From: Balanoglossus misakiensis | Taxonomy: Eukaryota; Animalia; Hemichordata | DNA: 64,000 bases | Assembly: GCA_040954595.2 (NCBI GenBank) | Contig: CM082596.2 | Coordinates: 7,270,468-7,334,467, forward strand | Reading direction: 5' to 3' | Shown here: positions 31,047 through 44,263 of the stretch, one piece after another | How the letters are laid out: each line of letters starts with the position of its first letter | Position numbering within the stretch: the stretch's first letter is position 1 | Position numbers and translations under genes: made by a program | Notes under the pieces: model-generated | What the model saw: only the letters and a program-made list of their open reading frames with translations | Told to the model about the DNA's origin: nothing | Databases searched by the model: none

Positions 31047-34000
31047 TATGCAGTTTTGACAGCCAACACGAAATACAGTACACAGCGATTATGCTAAATC
31101 CGGCAACACTAAATCAACTGACGTTTCCGACCTATCATATTAATAGAAAAGTGATATAATATTTCCCTCTTTCGACAACGCGGTATGGCTGTACGTAAAC
31201 TATCTGAGCAAACTACAGTGCCGCTTTCTCAAAATGAACACTTCGCCGTGGATAATATCCTGTTTCTTGGCCTTTGTCGTACTATTTGTGAATAAACGCC
31301 AGCTAACCTCCGGCTAGCACAACGCACTTGTACCTACCCTACATAATCATAATTATGCCATAAAATTAAGCGCATGATCGAACTTTGGAACGCGGCAGGC
31401 AAAGTCCCCGTTAATCCATTTGAGCCACATTTGTCATCACGCATCTGCAGACAGTGCGTTACCTTATACCCTTTAATTTTCTTGAAGTCATGGTGACAGA
31501 TTTGAAATATAAAGGAGGTGGTAATCAATTGCTATTGCAGAATATTAATAACGATTTCGCACACAAAAGTTTACAAGACTCGACAGCACAATATAAACAC
31601 TTCACGACATATATCGTCACATTTATAAATTTACATACGCCTGTACATGTGCAGTGTACATGTATATGGTCAAAACAGCGTGTCTGAGTTTCCGAATGTG
31701 GTGGTGCAGTTTTTTCGCGTGTGGCACCCACTGAAAATCTGTGATTGGCTATCTTTCGATTGTCCATGGTAACTGGTTAAATTTGCAAAGGTGACAGTAC
31801 CTTTATTTTTTAACACGGTAGAGTTTTTTCCTTCAAATTCCTAATGTTGATCTCTGCCATGTTCAATTTCCTGTACAGGCGCACATAATTTAATTTACGT
31901 CACGGGTAATCATCGAACTAATTCTCTGCCTGAACCACAAACAAAGATCACATGCACTCAGTGTATCTAGTACAGTATAGGTCACATTCAATAATCTGCC
32001 CTCATTAACTGACTGTAGAAGCGTCAGGGAATACAATCTCCTGTACTGTTTTATGGGTGTATCGATCATCCCGCGCAAATATCACTGGTGGGAAAGTTGG
32101 CATGGCGCTTTTTAGTCAGCTGTATTTAGGTCTATTTCTGATCGGAAAGTCAATATTTTGTCACGTTTTACCGCGTTTCTGACAAGTCCGGCGGTTGTTA
32201 ACATGTTTGCATACTCGTGTATCCCTTCAAGGAACATACCAGACATTAATTGCTGGGTTGATTTAAAGCACGTCATTTTGAATGAAATATTCACCGCTGG
32301 CCATTTGCGAAGAAATGCATGTATGCATAATTCATGGTATATTTGTCAAATTCATAGTGCTACTATCGTAAAATCAATGCTGTTAGACAAAATAATGTCC
32401 TATTATGAAGTTTTTTTTGACACGTCATAAATTTGTGAGTTATGGTATGACCTGGCCATTATGGAAACTACGGGAATATCCGCGTGCCCGCTATATTCTT
32501 CGATATCAAATCACGTCAAAGGCAGTTACGCTGGTATTCAAATTTCTAGCTGACGGCCAACGTGGTGCAGGCGACGACTGCGCAGACGAAACACCGTGAG
32601 GCTGGTTAGGCACCATGCCAGATACTTGTTACATTTCTGGCGGTTTTTAAGTATAAAAACAAAAACAAATAATGAGCGCGTGATTTTAAATTCTGGATAG
32701 GACAAAGTACACTGCGTGAAGTCTGGCATTATGCAAATACGACGGGACACACCAAAGAGAATGTTAATGGGGTTCTCTTCACTGAATATATTAATTAACA
32801 CCTTTCTGAAACCTAAACAGGAGGCGAGTGGCTATCCAATGCAAGCTGAAGCGAGACAGAAGCGGAGAAGACGAAATATAGCGAGGTTCTACGAGGAGTG
32901 GCGGCGTAAACGACGTCACCGACCGCTGTTGGGTCAACCCTAACCCTATTCATCATACCTTGCCAATATTAACTGCTTTCCCTCGGTAAGCCACTGGGAA
33001 TTCGTCACTTTCAAATTTTACTAGCTTAGCTCACAAACTCCGGGGACGCGAAACAATATGAATATGGAATGCCCGTGGCAGACACTAATGCACACGGATT
33101 TAAAACGCAGTCGTGTTTATCGCTGATATTGCATTAATCAGGCTGTCAACTCTGCGCGCCAACAGCATATGACGGCTACGGAGATTCGTCGTTTTATGCC
33201 TCCGTTCTTATCTCGTTCTGAATTACTCGTAATCATTCTAATTTGATCTCAGAAATCTTCCGGAAGTCTCGGTGTCCCTTCAGTACATGCATTAATATAG
33301 GCAGACGGTTGATTCAATACAACGCGCATTAAATTCAAGATCGGAGAATAGGAGCATAGACTACCCAGTCTGGAAATCAAGCGTTCACCACCTGGACACC
33401 GCCAAAAAATATGAACAGTACAATATCATCGTTGTGCTTATGCAAGGCGGGGGTCAATTACCGTACTAAACCCTGATTTTGGGGTCGGTCGTGACAATAT
33501 TGTAATTGTTTCAAAGTCGACTGTCGAATTTAATTCGCAAGGGTAAACCAATCTAATCAGAATGCAAAATGAAAGATGCCGTGACTCCAGGGAGCCTGTA
33601 AATCACCGAATTATTGATCGCTAGTACGTGTACAACCCATGTTCAATTTACTGTAGGCCTAAACCAATTGCTGCATAGTATACTGTACCCTGATTAATTG
33701 GCCTCTATTAACTTTGTAATAAATGCTCTATTACGTACAATTTATCACACGCTTATCCCACGTTTTTACTCGACAATATCTCCCCAATACATATAAGTTA
33801 CATGTTTGTATAAACATTTGGTAAAGATATAAGCAAAATTCGCTCGCGTATATACGTAGAATGTTACTCAATTGTATACTATGAGTCTCCGTATAATAAA
33901 CTTGCCCGGTTAATGAATATTAGCACGGGGGGGGGGGGGGTTTGACAGAGTCGATCGGCGCCGAAGTCGATAATATTTCTTAAAGTCGTTGACGTTTATC

Positions 34001-36117
34001 GCGTCATATGACCACAGGTGGCGACCTTCATGTCTACTCTTTCCCCGTGATTCAAAATCCAACACCTTGGGCGTTACACACGTATACATGCGACGGCATC
34101 TGTTACAATAATTATAATCGGTAACATATTAGAGGAATCAGCACAATATTTGAATTTATACCACTTTGGTTGCTAGTAAGCCGAGTTTTTCATCCGAAGA
34201 CTTGCCTGAGATACGATTGAACAGTTTGTGCTCATAATATCATGTACGACCTGACGTTTTGATAGTTTTGTTGAATTTTTTACAATAGCCATTAAAGGTC
34301 TAGACATGCCCTCCGAGCCCAATCGGAAATGTCCACTATATACTACTCGTTCTTTAAAGGTTACAAATGCGAAATACTATTTATACTGTAGTAGTAGCTG
34401 TAGTAAGAGATGTTTGATCAAACAAATTATGAATAAAAATGAAATTATAAAGAGGAAACAGAATATTTTATGCCTCAATTACGTCAATGTAGATGCTGAA
34501 ATGGCTCAATAAACTTCACTTGTTTGTAGGTAGGTATTCATTCTTTAGGGGGAAGTCACTAATCACCACGTGACGTTTCAGAGCAAACACTCTGGTGAAT
34601 ACATCGGTTTTAGCAACAGTTACAGACCTTACTGATCGCGGGAAGTTGTGTTTAATCGTAGATGAAATTCATCTACGATTTGCACTGTCTCCAATCAGGG
34701 AGAGTATTGGCCTTCGTGGTAAATTACACGTGATTTCCGCCTTTGTCCGGACAAAGTTTCCGGAAAACCCGGCTTGTCCCAGTGCACTCACTCTCTAACT
34801 AGTCAAGGCAGCGCCATCTACGGTTGAAACCGAAACTGCCCATTCCAAGATCCGCATCTGAAAGCGGTTGCGTTGCCAGGTAACAGCCACCACAACATAA
34901 CTGGACGATGCCCTGTGCGTTCAGTACACTCAACGACCGCATTGACTGACGACGTTCCTCGCTCACGGTTAATACTTTGTTTGCATGAAGAATGACGTGA
35001 CATTAAAATCATTTGAGAGTCTGAAGATAATTTCCCCAAGATATAAATGCTGTTTACCTTTTGGAGACGTGGCGTGGCGTTTTCGTGACTTTGCGAACGA
35101 GTGTCTGGCCCTAAGATGTGCAGCCGTTCCTGCGCCACGGACGCGTTTTCGCCAGAACGGCCAACGTGTAAGTATATCGGATTAATACTTGTACGCGTAA
35201 TGATACAACTTTGAAATCCGAACAACGCTGTTCCCGAAAACAACTTTAAAACGAAAAGTCGCGGCAGCTTTCGCTAAGCTAAATTCCTAACTATATACAA
35301 CGACTGCTAAGGGTGAAAGTTACATGTCTGAACGTTAACATACTATGAAGTCCATAAACTTACTTGTTGATCCTTGGCTTGGGCAGTCCGTTGTCTCCAG
35401 AGAACAAGAAAAACACGTGAACCAAGCATCACTAGTCGATTTCCCGAGTCCTTGGATCCCCGCACTCGACGCGTACGCTCATCATGGCTACACACGTGAC
35501 GCCACCAACGTCAGAAACTCAGTACCACGTCATGTCTCGATCAACTATCAGACAGACGCCCGTCCCTCACACATTATTTCATACTGACGCTACAAATTCC
35601 GCGCTGCTCATGGTACTCCGGCGACAGTGGGCAGTGTGATACATCATGAAGGCCTCAGAACACTATTCTTGAAGTATTTCCACATCAGAATCCTTTGCGT
35701 AAATCAGCGCGTCAACTCCACGTCCACGCGGTCGGCAATGGTTCCAGGAAGCCTCCCTGCATGCGCTAGACAGATTTGCATATGAATAGGCTTGCGATCA
35801 ATAAAACACCTGGACACAGCTCTGAGAATTTTCAAAGTGGGCGTTCACAAGGCGGCAATTTTTTATTTGCATGACCCTGTTTCTAGGTTGCTGTCAACAA
35901 CACGTAATTCATGTACATGTACACCAATAGCTATACTAATTCCGCTGATGCGCTGTGTTCACCGTATACCGGAAGTGCGGTATATAAAAATGTCGCTCTA
36001 AAATACCGCCGTTTAGTTTTTCGACAACTATATAAAAGATACGGAAACTTTTTAAGTGCACATTAAAAAATACTATTTTAACCACTGTTCGCAGGTCGAA
36101 TCAAGAAATGTACTTTC

Positions 36118-36346
36118 CCAACAACTTCCATCCCGCTTGTGGACACGAGATTGAAAAACTCACCAAAATGAATAATCGGTCTCTACCATTTATTCATTTT
36201 GGGCGAGATTTTACTCTCATATCCTACAAACGGGATGGAAGTTGTGTGTGGTCGAACTGTGCTTCACGATATATCCACATGTACATTAACATAAACGGTG
36301 TCTTGTATGAAAAAAGGGCAGCGAGAGAGAGACTTTGTCCCTTTAA
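36118..36346. mobile_element. Partial K2 MITE abutting the stop codon of the PAN-EGF-F5/8C gene
   Basis: Matches the right part of 12905-13259 and ends GAGACTTTGTCCCT-TTAA. Confidence 0.85.
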
Positions 36347-39139
36347 TTGCTTGAGGGAGTGCACCCGAGAAGTTCCAGTCTCAGACTGACGTGTTTGTGC
36401 CAAGAAACCGGTCGGATTCTGACGAAGATGGCTTCAATCGGAGGGTTCAAAAGACTTGTCACAGGCGTGTCGCTGTCAGTATTGCCAATGAACTTCTGTC
36501 AATGAAAAACAACACAGAAGAGACAAGATTGAAGGTATACAGTCACCTCCAATTTCCATTCGCCCATATATGGCTGAAATTGCGTATCTGAGCGTTCTAA
36601 AGAACATAGGGTAGCGCTCTTTTTTTCGCGTGTGTCACCCACTGAAAATCCGTGATTGGCTAGATCTCAAGTTTACCATGGTAACTGTAGCTAAATTTCC
36701 ATATGTGACCGTATACCTTTCATTAAAAGTATCATATTCGAATTTGTGTACGTATGCACTCACAGAATCGAACACATACTAAGCAATACACAAATTAAGC
36801 CAGATTCAAAATGACTTTCTGGTAAATTTGTGTCGCGATCGGATCTTACCTTTTCCTGGTCCAGTTCATCCAGGTACACGTTGAAGGTGGCCTCTGATGC
36901 ACCGTACAGCACGTTGTATTCTTTGAGCCACATTTCGTCTTTGCCAGAAGGCTCGTTCCTGCCTTGCATGACGACGCCGCTGACTGTCGTCATATCTTGG
37001 AACTGAACCTGAAACCACTCTGTTTTACTGTCACTGTCGGCCTGCCAACCGCCGGGTAGCACGCCGTCAACCTGTAGCATGTTGAGTCTTCCAAAGTGGG
37101 CGGCCATTGGTCCAAATAAAGAATCAGTGAAAGTCGATGACGCTGTTATGTTATTGTCGGTTATGAACCCGGACTCCATTCCTAAGGTTTGGTTACAACC
37201 TGCACGTTAGACAGTTATTATCGAATATGATTATTAATCAAAGGTATGTATGTACTATAGTATGTATGTATGTATGTATGTATGTATGTATGTATGTATG
37301 TATGTATGTATGTATGTATGTATGTATGTATGTATGTATGTATGTATGTATGTATGTATGTAGGTATGTATGTATGTATGTATGTATGTATGTATGTATG
37401 TATGTATGTATGTATGTATGTATGTATGTATGTATGTATGTATGTATGTATGTATGTATGTATGTGTTTGTGTGTGTGCGTGTGCGTGCGTGCGTGCATG
37501 CGTGCGTGCGTGCGTACGTACGTATGTATGTATGTAATATGTGATAGGCGTACACTTACTTGATTCTGTGATCTCCGTAGCCGATGTTGTCACTCCTGGC
37601 GTCGATGGTACCATCGTTGCAGAATCTGAAATCACAACAAGAAAACGTGTGTGACAAAAGGGTTGACATTCGTGTAATATTACGATCACCGCTTTTCTGT
37701 TCCCTGAAGTGAAAAAAACTTCACGCTAAAGCAAATGTCTATTATCACTGAAAAGCAAGAAAATCCGATAGTTAGCTCAATACCAAAAGCTTGAAAGCGT
37801 AGCTTGGATCTTATAGTTACAACCAGGTGTCACCTTTGCATTATATACCATTATCGAATTCTTCCTCGCTATTTTCAAACTGTTATTTGAAACTCTCTAC
37901 ACTGCCAATGCTGTTTCTATAGTCTTACTGCTTTCTCAAGCCTTTCGCACGCGCAAAGCTATATACTCTACTCAGACTGTCCAGCGATTCACTCACCGAA
38001 TGCACAGTCTTTCCCAGAATACCCCGGATGACACAAACAAACATGTCCGTCCCTACTGCAGTCTGGTAGACACTCGCCGTTGCCGTTGCACGACCCAACT
38101 GAGCAGCCAGTGTATATCTATGGAGGAAACAAAACCACGGAACAATTAAAGAAAGGAATACATCTTGGGCAAATAGTAGTTTCTCGGTTAGCAATCCGCT
38201 TTGCTGTTTGGTCAATTCAGGAAAACCAATCCTATTTAGAGATCACGTATACGTGTGTATCACATGTCCCATGTACACCCAGTAGATTTCCGGCAAGAAC
38301 GTCTATCATTTTGATGTACAGAGGAAAGACTCTACATCGCAAACATGTTTAATTAAGTACGGCGGCCTACATTGGTAAAAGACTTGTCTTGAATTGCGCA
38401 TGAGTAGTAAAACGCCGCTTTAGTGTAGGCAACTGGCCGGTCTCGAACTCGCACTTACAGTACCGTCACCTAACACTAATGAAGTCAACAAACGAGAGTG
38501 CTCATAATCCCAGGAGACTTGACTCCATTTTAGTGTGGTGCAAATATTTAAGAAGATTTACTTGAAAACCAAAGGCTTAAACTTTTTCTCATCTATTTTG
38601 CTCAAATCAACTTTAGATTATTCTCTTTTCACATTGGGAATAAAAATTAGGGGTCAGCGTGCAACATTTTGAATGAGCGACAAAAATTGTCTCAAATTTA
38701 AAATTCAAAATGGCCGCCAATCTCTGTGTTAATTCTATGGTGGAAAATTAAAGTAGTGATATTTATGAAAACAACACGGTACGGTAAACACAGTGTTTTT
38801 TCCGCTTTGCTTGGAAATAGTCAAAGGTTTGGTGACTATCTGAAATTTGTCACCGGGGCGCGAACTACTGTCACGACGGAATTTTGAAACTGCACTCGGG
38901 AAGATTAGCCTAACTCGTTTTCATTTTAAAAGACCGCAACACACTATGAAAATATTCGTTCCCGGGAAGGAACGTTTTACTGATTGGTTCTGCAAAAAGT
39001 GTTCGTCGTTCACTCTAATCATTCTGATGAACGGATGCACCGCTGGCGGAACTCCCTGAATTGCTTCTATTCGTTGATAATTCAAATTTTCGTGGATTCA
39101 TTTTGAGAGCGAATAGAAACAAGGTATTTACTATCTTGT

Positions 39140-39170
<31 letters not shown>

Positions 39171-41048
39171 TAGACCACCTTGGAGAAAGAGTTTGCCCGT
39201 ATTTCGATATTTACTTCGATTCCCTATTAGACCATGGTTGACCTAAAATTGTCCGCGGCTCGTGATTTTGATGTTCGAAAAACACTCAGAAGTCTGGCGG
39301 CAATATTTGTCCTAAACACAATCTGTATTACTGCAAAAATCAGTAACAAATGCAATTTGTCCAATTTTTGTTGCCCTTTGTGGAACAGACGATTGCAAGA
39401 TAATGGCCGACCCGAAGCGGCAGCGATTAAAATCATGATGTCATTATAGCTAACGACACGACATCGTCGAAAATCACCGCAGCATCTGCTGAACGTTAGT
39501 ACTCCCGTAACATATTTGCTTCGCGTTCATAAACCCCGACAGGGCGGAAATTAAAATATAAAACCTCGATCATCCCCCAGCTGAGACTGCACTGCGCTCG
39601 GAGGCCCCCCCCCCCCCACATCCCGGCGTGTACTGCGATCTCCCAACATTCTGAAAGCGGAAATAGGTTCACGTTGGAGTCGCCGTTTTGGAAGGATATC
39701 GTGATGGGCCCTTTTTTGCTCGGTTTTCTTCGGTTCTAATCATTTCGAAACACGACACCCGAAGCTGTTTACCTGTTCCACAATCAATAACAGAATGGCG
39801 TCTGCGGGAAGTTGTTAGTTAATGCGGGTGTACCAGGACGTTCTCTCTGAAACGTTTTCATCGGTGCTACACCGGCCCAGATACGACTCTGACGGAGTGA
39901 GAACGCTTTTCGCCGGTGCTGCGCCGGTGTTAATTTTCGAGGGCGATGAGGGGTGGTTCAGGGCTAGCGCTCGGACGCAAATATTCAGTTGGAACGCAAA
40001 GTACGTTTACAAAAATGCACATCATGGACCATGAACTTGAATATTTATACCGAGATATTTTTACGACACACAACCACCTGTTAAATATTGTTTGATCGCT
40101 TCTGTCATTGTCACTCTTTTATGACTGTGAAATGAAGAAACCAAAACATCATCGAGGATATACTATAGGGAGGTGCTTTGATTGAACGGCAGTTCGGGAG
40201 ATGACGTAGGCACTCATCGGTTTTGAGAATGGCACTTCACTGAGTTTTGCCCTCGACTTCGTGATATTGCATAAACGCGCAGTTCGACACACACACACTC
40301 CACTGGACAACTTGCCATGGAAGCTACTCTCAGCCATTTCGAAGCGGTTGCTAAGCCTTCTCGCGCGGATTGACCTTTTCGCTGTCACTCAAAGTCAGTC
40401 CGTTGGCACATTCGCCGCGTCTAGACAGTCTCACTTCCAGAAACTGCTGCCAGAAGATAGCTTTGACAAAGTATATAACCAATCCTAATAAGCAGATACA
40501 CAACTAAGACTAAGATGTGAGACAATAGGGACAGTTTTAAATTCATCCATGAAAATAATGTGGAAAGACGAAATCATTTAGATTTGATGATGATGGGTTT
40601 TCATTTTTTGCTATGTCCGCCAAATACTTTGTATTTTTTTTCATAAGAATGAAATACGGACAGATTTGCACGGTTTCTGCTTATACTTCCTTACCTCCTT
40701 AACTGTGCCGTCTATGGGATAATATTTCGCCCTATTTGTTTCAACGGAGTCGCCGGGAAAATCTTCCAAAGTGCCTTCATTCAGCTGACACAGACTGTCG
40801 GCTCGCAAGAAGTTTACAGACTGGCACAGCCCGCCCGTGTACTGCAGACACGCCGTGTGGCACTCGGCAACGGCGAACACCACCTCGCTGGCGAGGACGT
40901 GGTTCCCCAGAACGAACCCCGAAAGCCCCGCCGCGGCTATTTGCGGAGCTCGCTCGCAGTCACTCCGGTGATAACCCGTCACCATCGCGACGGCAGCCCC
41001 GCATCCGGTACGCATCACCAGCGCGAATAACACTAATCCCGCCGACAT
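36343..41048 (-). CDS. Secreted PAN/apple - EGF - S/T linker - F5/8 type C (discoidin) protein, about 347 aa, 5 coding exons
   Basis: Exons 41048-40695 (signal-like MSAGLVLFALVM; CHTACLQ...CQSVNF...CQLN), 38117-37997 (CNGNGECLPDC...CLCHPGYSGKDC), 37625-37560, 37199-36850 (CNQTLGMESGFITDNNITASS...GRLN...WFQV...VMQGR) and 36495-36343 (FIGNTD...FVRIRPVSW...SLRLELLGC, TAA). Phases are compatible and total 1044 nt. Confidence 0.88.
36531..36720. mobile_element. MITE family K3 (AGGTATACAGTCAC termini), intronic
   Basis: AAGGTATACAGTCAC ... GTGACCGTATACCTT. Related copies lie at about 31680-31805, 51440-51603 and 59400-59757 (inverted, TTAA-flanked). Confidence 0.8.
37245..37535 (+). repeat. (TATG)n microsatellite
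   Basis: Direct reading. Confidence 0.97.
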
Positions 41049-43359
41049 TTCCTCTCCCCTGTTCCGATGGCGGCCGGCTATGTCGTCTCTCTGCTGCTGC
41101 GCTTTCGATCCCCCGAACTGACTCCTGACTAAGTTACCATGGCACGTTACCATGGCGAGGGAGATTTCTCCTTCGCCGGCAGTTGTTTCCGCTACTCCAT
41201 TAAATGGGATCAAGCAGATAAAATCACGAATGAAGTGCACAGGTGTAGCGATAAAAACAAAAGTTGACTGAAGCGGATGTAGAGCATGCTATTTTCTCCT
41301 CTGTTTCCATTTTAAGTACAAAAAGGCCACTTGTCAGAATAAAAAGCAATTCAGCCGCGGATTAAGCATGCGTTTTTGTATGTTTTGTAAGATTCTGCCA
41401 TTAAAAAGTCAAAAGTTCCGAAGCTCTATCTGGTGTGCGCGCGCAGCTTGTTCTTGGGATGGATTTTAATGATTTAAAAATCGACTAACTTGATAATGTT
41501 TCCCGTGGATTACCAGGCGCTTACAGTATGTCAACTTTCAAGGTCAAGAAGAACGAGACTATTGACACCATCAGGGTATTGTTGATTCAGTGTTTCAAAT
41601 CCGTGGAATGGAAGATTCTATCGTCAAATCTGAGCGTCAAGGGGCACGCAAACGTGTTTTGTTTCATGGAAATCATAAATTGGTCGTTCGCCATTATGGT
41701 CATATGCTACCACCCATAATAACATGATTGAACCCAATAAACAAAATCCGTCGAGAGATTTGTGCTGCAATACTAGCTATCCAAGCGAATACATCCTTTC
41801 GCGTCGGACGGGGAGACTGCGAAGGTCGCCAAACGGAGGTACTAATGAGTTGAACGACGAGATTATAGCACTGATAAAAATATCCCGCGAGTCAGTTAAG
41901 GACACGCACGCACGCACGCACGACACATCACCATGCCCTTTAAAATAGTATGCATCATGATTTTAGTGAGAGGCTATGAAATTTTACCGGAGAAAACAGA
42001 TTTTTATGTTCAGTGTATATTCGCATTGGTACATATATATGCATGACGTGTAGATGGGTGGGCGGGCTTGTGATAACAGTAGAGGTTCTATTGGATATTT
42101 GCATAGGGCTCCATACAGGTAAAACCTTTTAGGAAAGCCCCGTCCTCCATTTAGAATCACACAAAAACCATCAACAAAAACAGGCACTGGATTGGAAAGA
42201 GAAACACACTCTGTGAAAGATCGTTCTTTCATGTCTTATCTAAAGGTATTGTTTTTATCAGTACTGTGCAGTTATCCCACCTACGCTGACGACGGTTATT
42301 TTCTGGTGACCGGTTGCTATGGTCACCATATGTTAGTGGAAACCGCTGCAATGAGTGTGCAACACTTCTAAGGAGAAAAAGAGTCTGTGTGTTGATACAA
42401 CTTAATTTAAGAGAGCTACGAGTTACTTAAGAATGCTTGTAGCTATGTTGATGTGTATAATTCAATTTGCACTTTATAACATGCACTAGCTAACCCACAC
42501 ACTAAACGACACCGTTTGGACATTGAATCGTGCACAAAACCACTTGACCTGGCTGTCAAGACACTTGGTTACTCCATATTTATAATTCAAATAAATATAA
42601 TGCAATAATATTGGATACGAGTGGGCAGTCCCGCTGGTTATAACTCTACCATTTTAAACCAAACGTTTTCATTATTTTCACAGCCGTGGATAATTTCACG
42701 CCAATGATCTAACAGGGACGGTGACGATCAACGTAAAGCAGGGCGGCCCAATAATCACTACACGCTTCGGAACCCACTTACAGTTTCCAAAGAATAGCCT
42801 CAATGGGGGAAAAGGGGTCCACTGTGACTCACTTCTAAAACACCCACCATTACTGCCCACGTCCAGGTGAATCGTGCGTGCATAGTGGACACAGTCTGGT
42901 CGGGCGGCACATACCCGTGTATTAAGTATACACCCAGACAGACAGAGACTAACAGACAGGCAGACTGACAGACAGATGGCCAGACGCAATGGTGATATCA
43001 ATCCATATATTATTCTTGAGCACAGGGGAACTAAAAAATGCACAGGGTCCGGTGACATGTTATAAATCAGTGTGTTCTTTACAAATCGACAGTGAATGGA
43101 GGGACACTTCCAGGAATTCTGTTCAAGGTCAGTTTAATACACAAAACGAAAGTAATATAAACCATCCCGATTCTTGCTACATATATGCCTTAACTGTGTT
43201 GAATCAAACCTGACACGAAAAAGACACCAAAAAATGTTTCTCCAAGAAATATTATAATGTCTTTCTCCACGAAATTCTGTGCGCCCCCCCCCCCCCCAAA
43301 GTGACCCAGACTGACCCGATCCATGAACTGACACGACTTCCGCGAATAGCGTTCCTTCT

Positions 43360-43499
43360 TTTGTTTGAGTTTCAGTCACCGGCGCGCGTGTAGACCAATG
43401 CCACTGAAGTGAAAGAGCGCCTACACTAACTCCTATCCTGTTCCCGTGTTGGACTTGTTAGCTTGGTGGTGCCCTGGCCTTTATTCCATGTCTATACAG
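43360..43499 (+). promoter_or_regulatory. Candidate promoter and non-coding first exon of the cGAS-like gene
   Basis: A CpG-containing patch with CCAAT at about 43395. The donor-like CAG|GTAGAG at 43499/43500 could pair with the strong acceptor TTTTGCAG| at 44130. Confidence 0.35.
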
Positions 43500-44263
43500 G
43501 TAGAGTAACCGTTACTGACTCGATAACATCAGTTTTCCTCTATGTTAACAGTACTAGACCTAAATGCTACTGCTTATGGCTGTATGAATGGGTTGCACAC
43601 AGCATTTCACTCAATGATACCAAATCAGACTAAAATCGTTCACAGTTACCAGTATGGCATCGTTTAAGAAAATCCCATATCGTTTTCTACATCCAATTGC
43701 TGTGACCATAGAGGGGGGGGGGGGGGTAGTTACCCCCCCCCCCCCTCACCCGTGCTGTGACCAAGCTTGGAGGTACCACGTCCATCATGCATGCTATGAC
43801 ATGACTCCCTGAATAACTGGCAAGAATGTCTGCCAGTGTTATGGCGTGTACTGGATAGTCTCAATTCACTATGAGATGTATATGACTCTCGTGCTCTCCG
43901 GGTGGTTTAGAGTATGCATGTAAACCGTATAGTACAACAGAACACCTAACGCAAGGGTCCCTGTGATCAGTCCACAGTATCACCGGACCCATCATGCTGA
44001 GGGTCATTCCAACTGGCGATCACAATAGGTTAAACTTAGAAATACTAATGAGCTGGTGTACTGTAACCGCATTTTCTTGGTGGTAAAACAATGTCAGAAA
44101 AGTTATTTTTACTATAATTTTATTTTGCAGGTGTGCCTTAGTCAATAACAGTATTATTCAGTCGATTCAGTATTGTGTTGTTCACATTCAGAATGTCGAA
44201 TTCTTCTGGCCGTCGCGTCGTCCTGGAGGTGAGAAAACCAACCAGGGATCGCTGGCCTCACTG

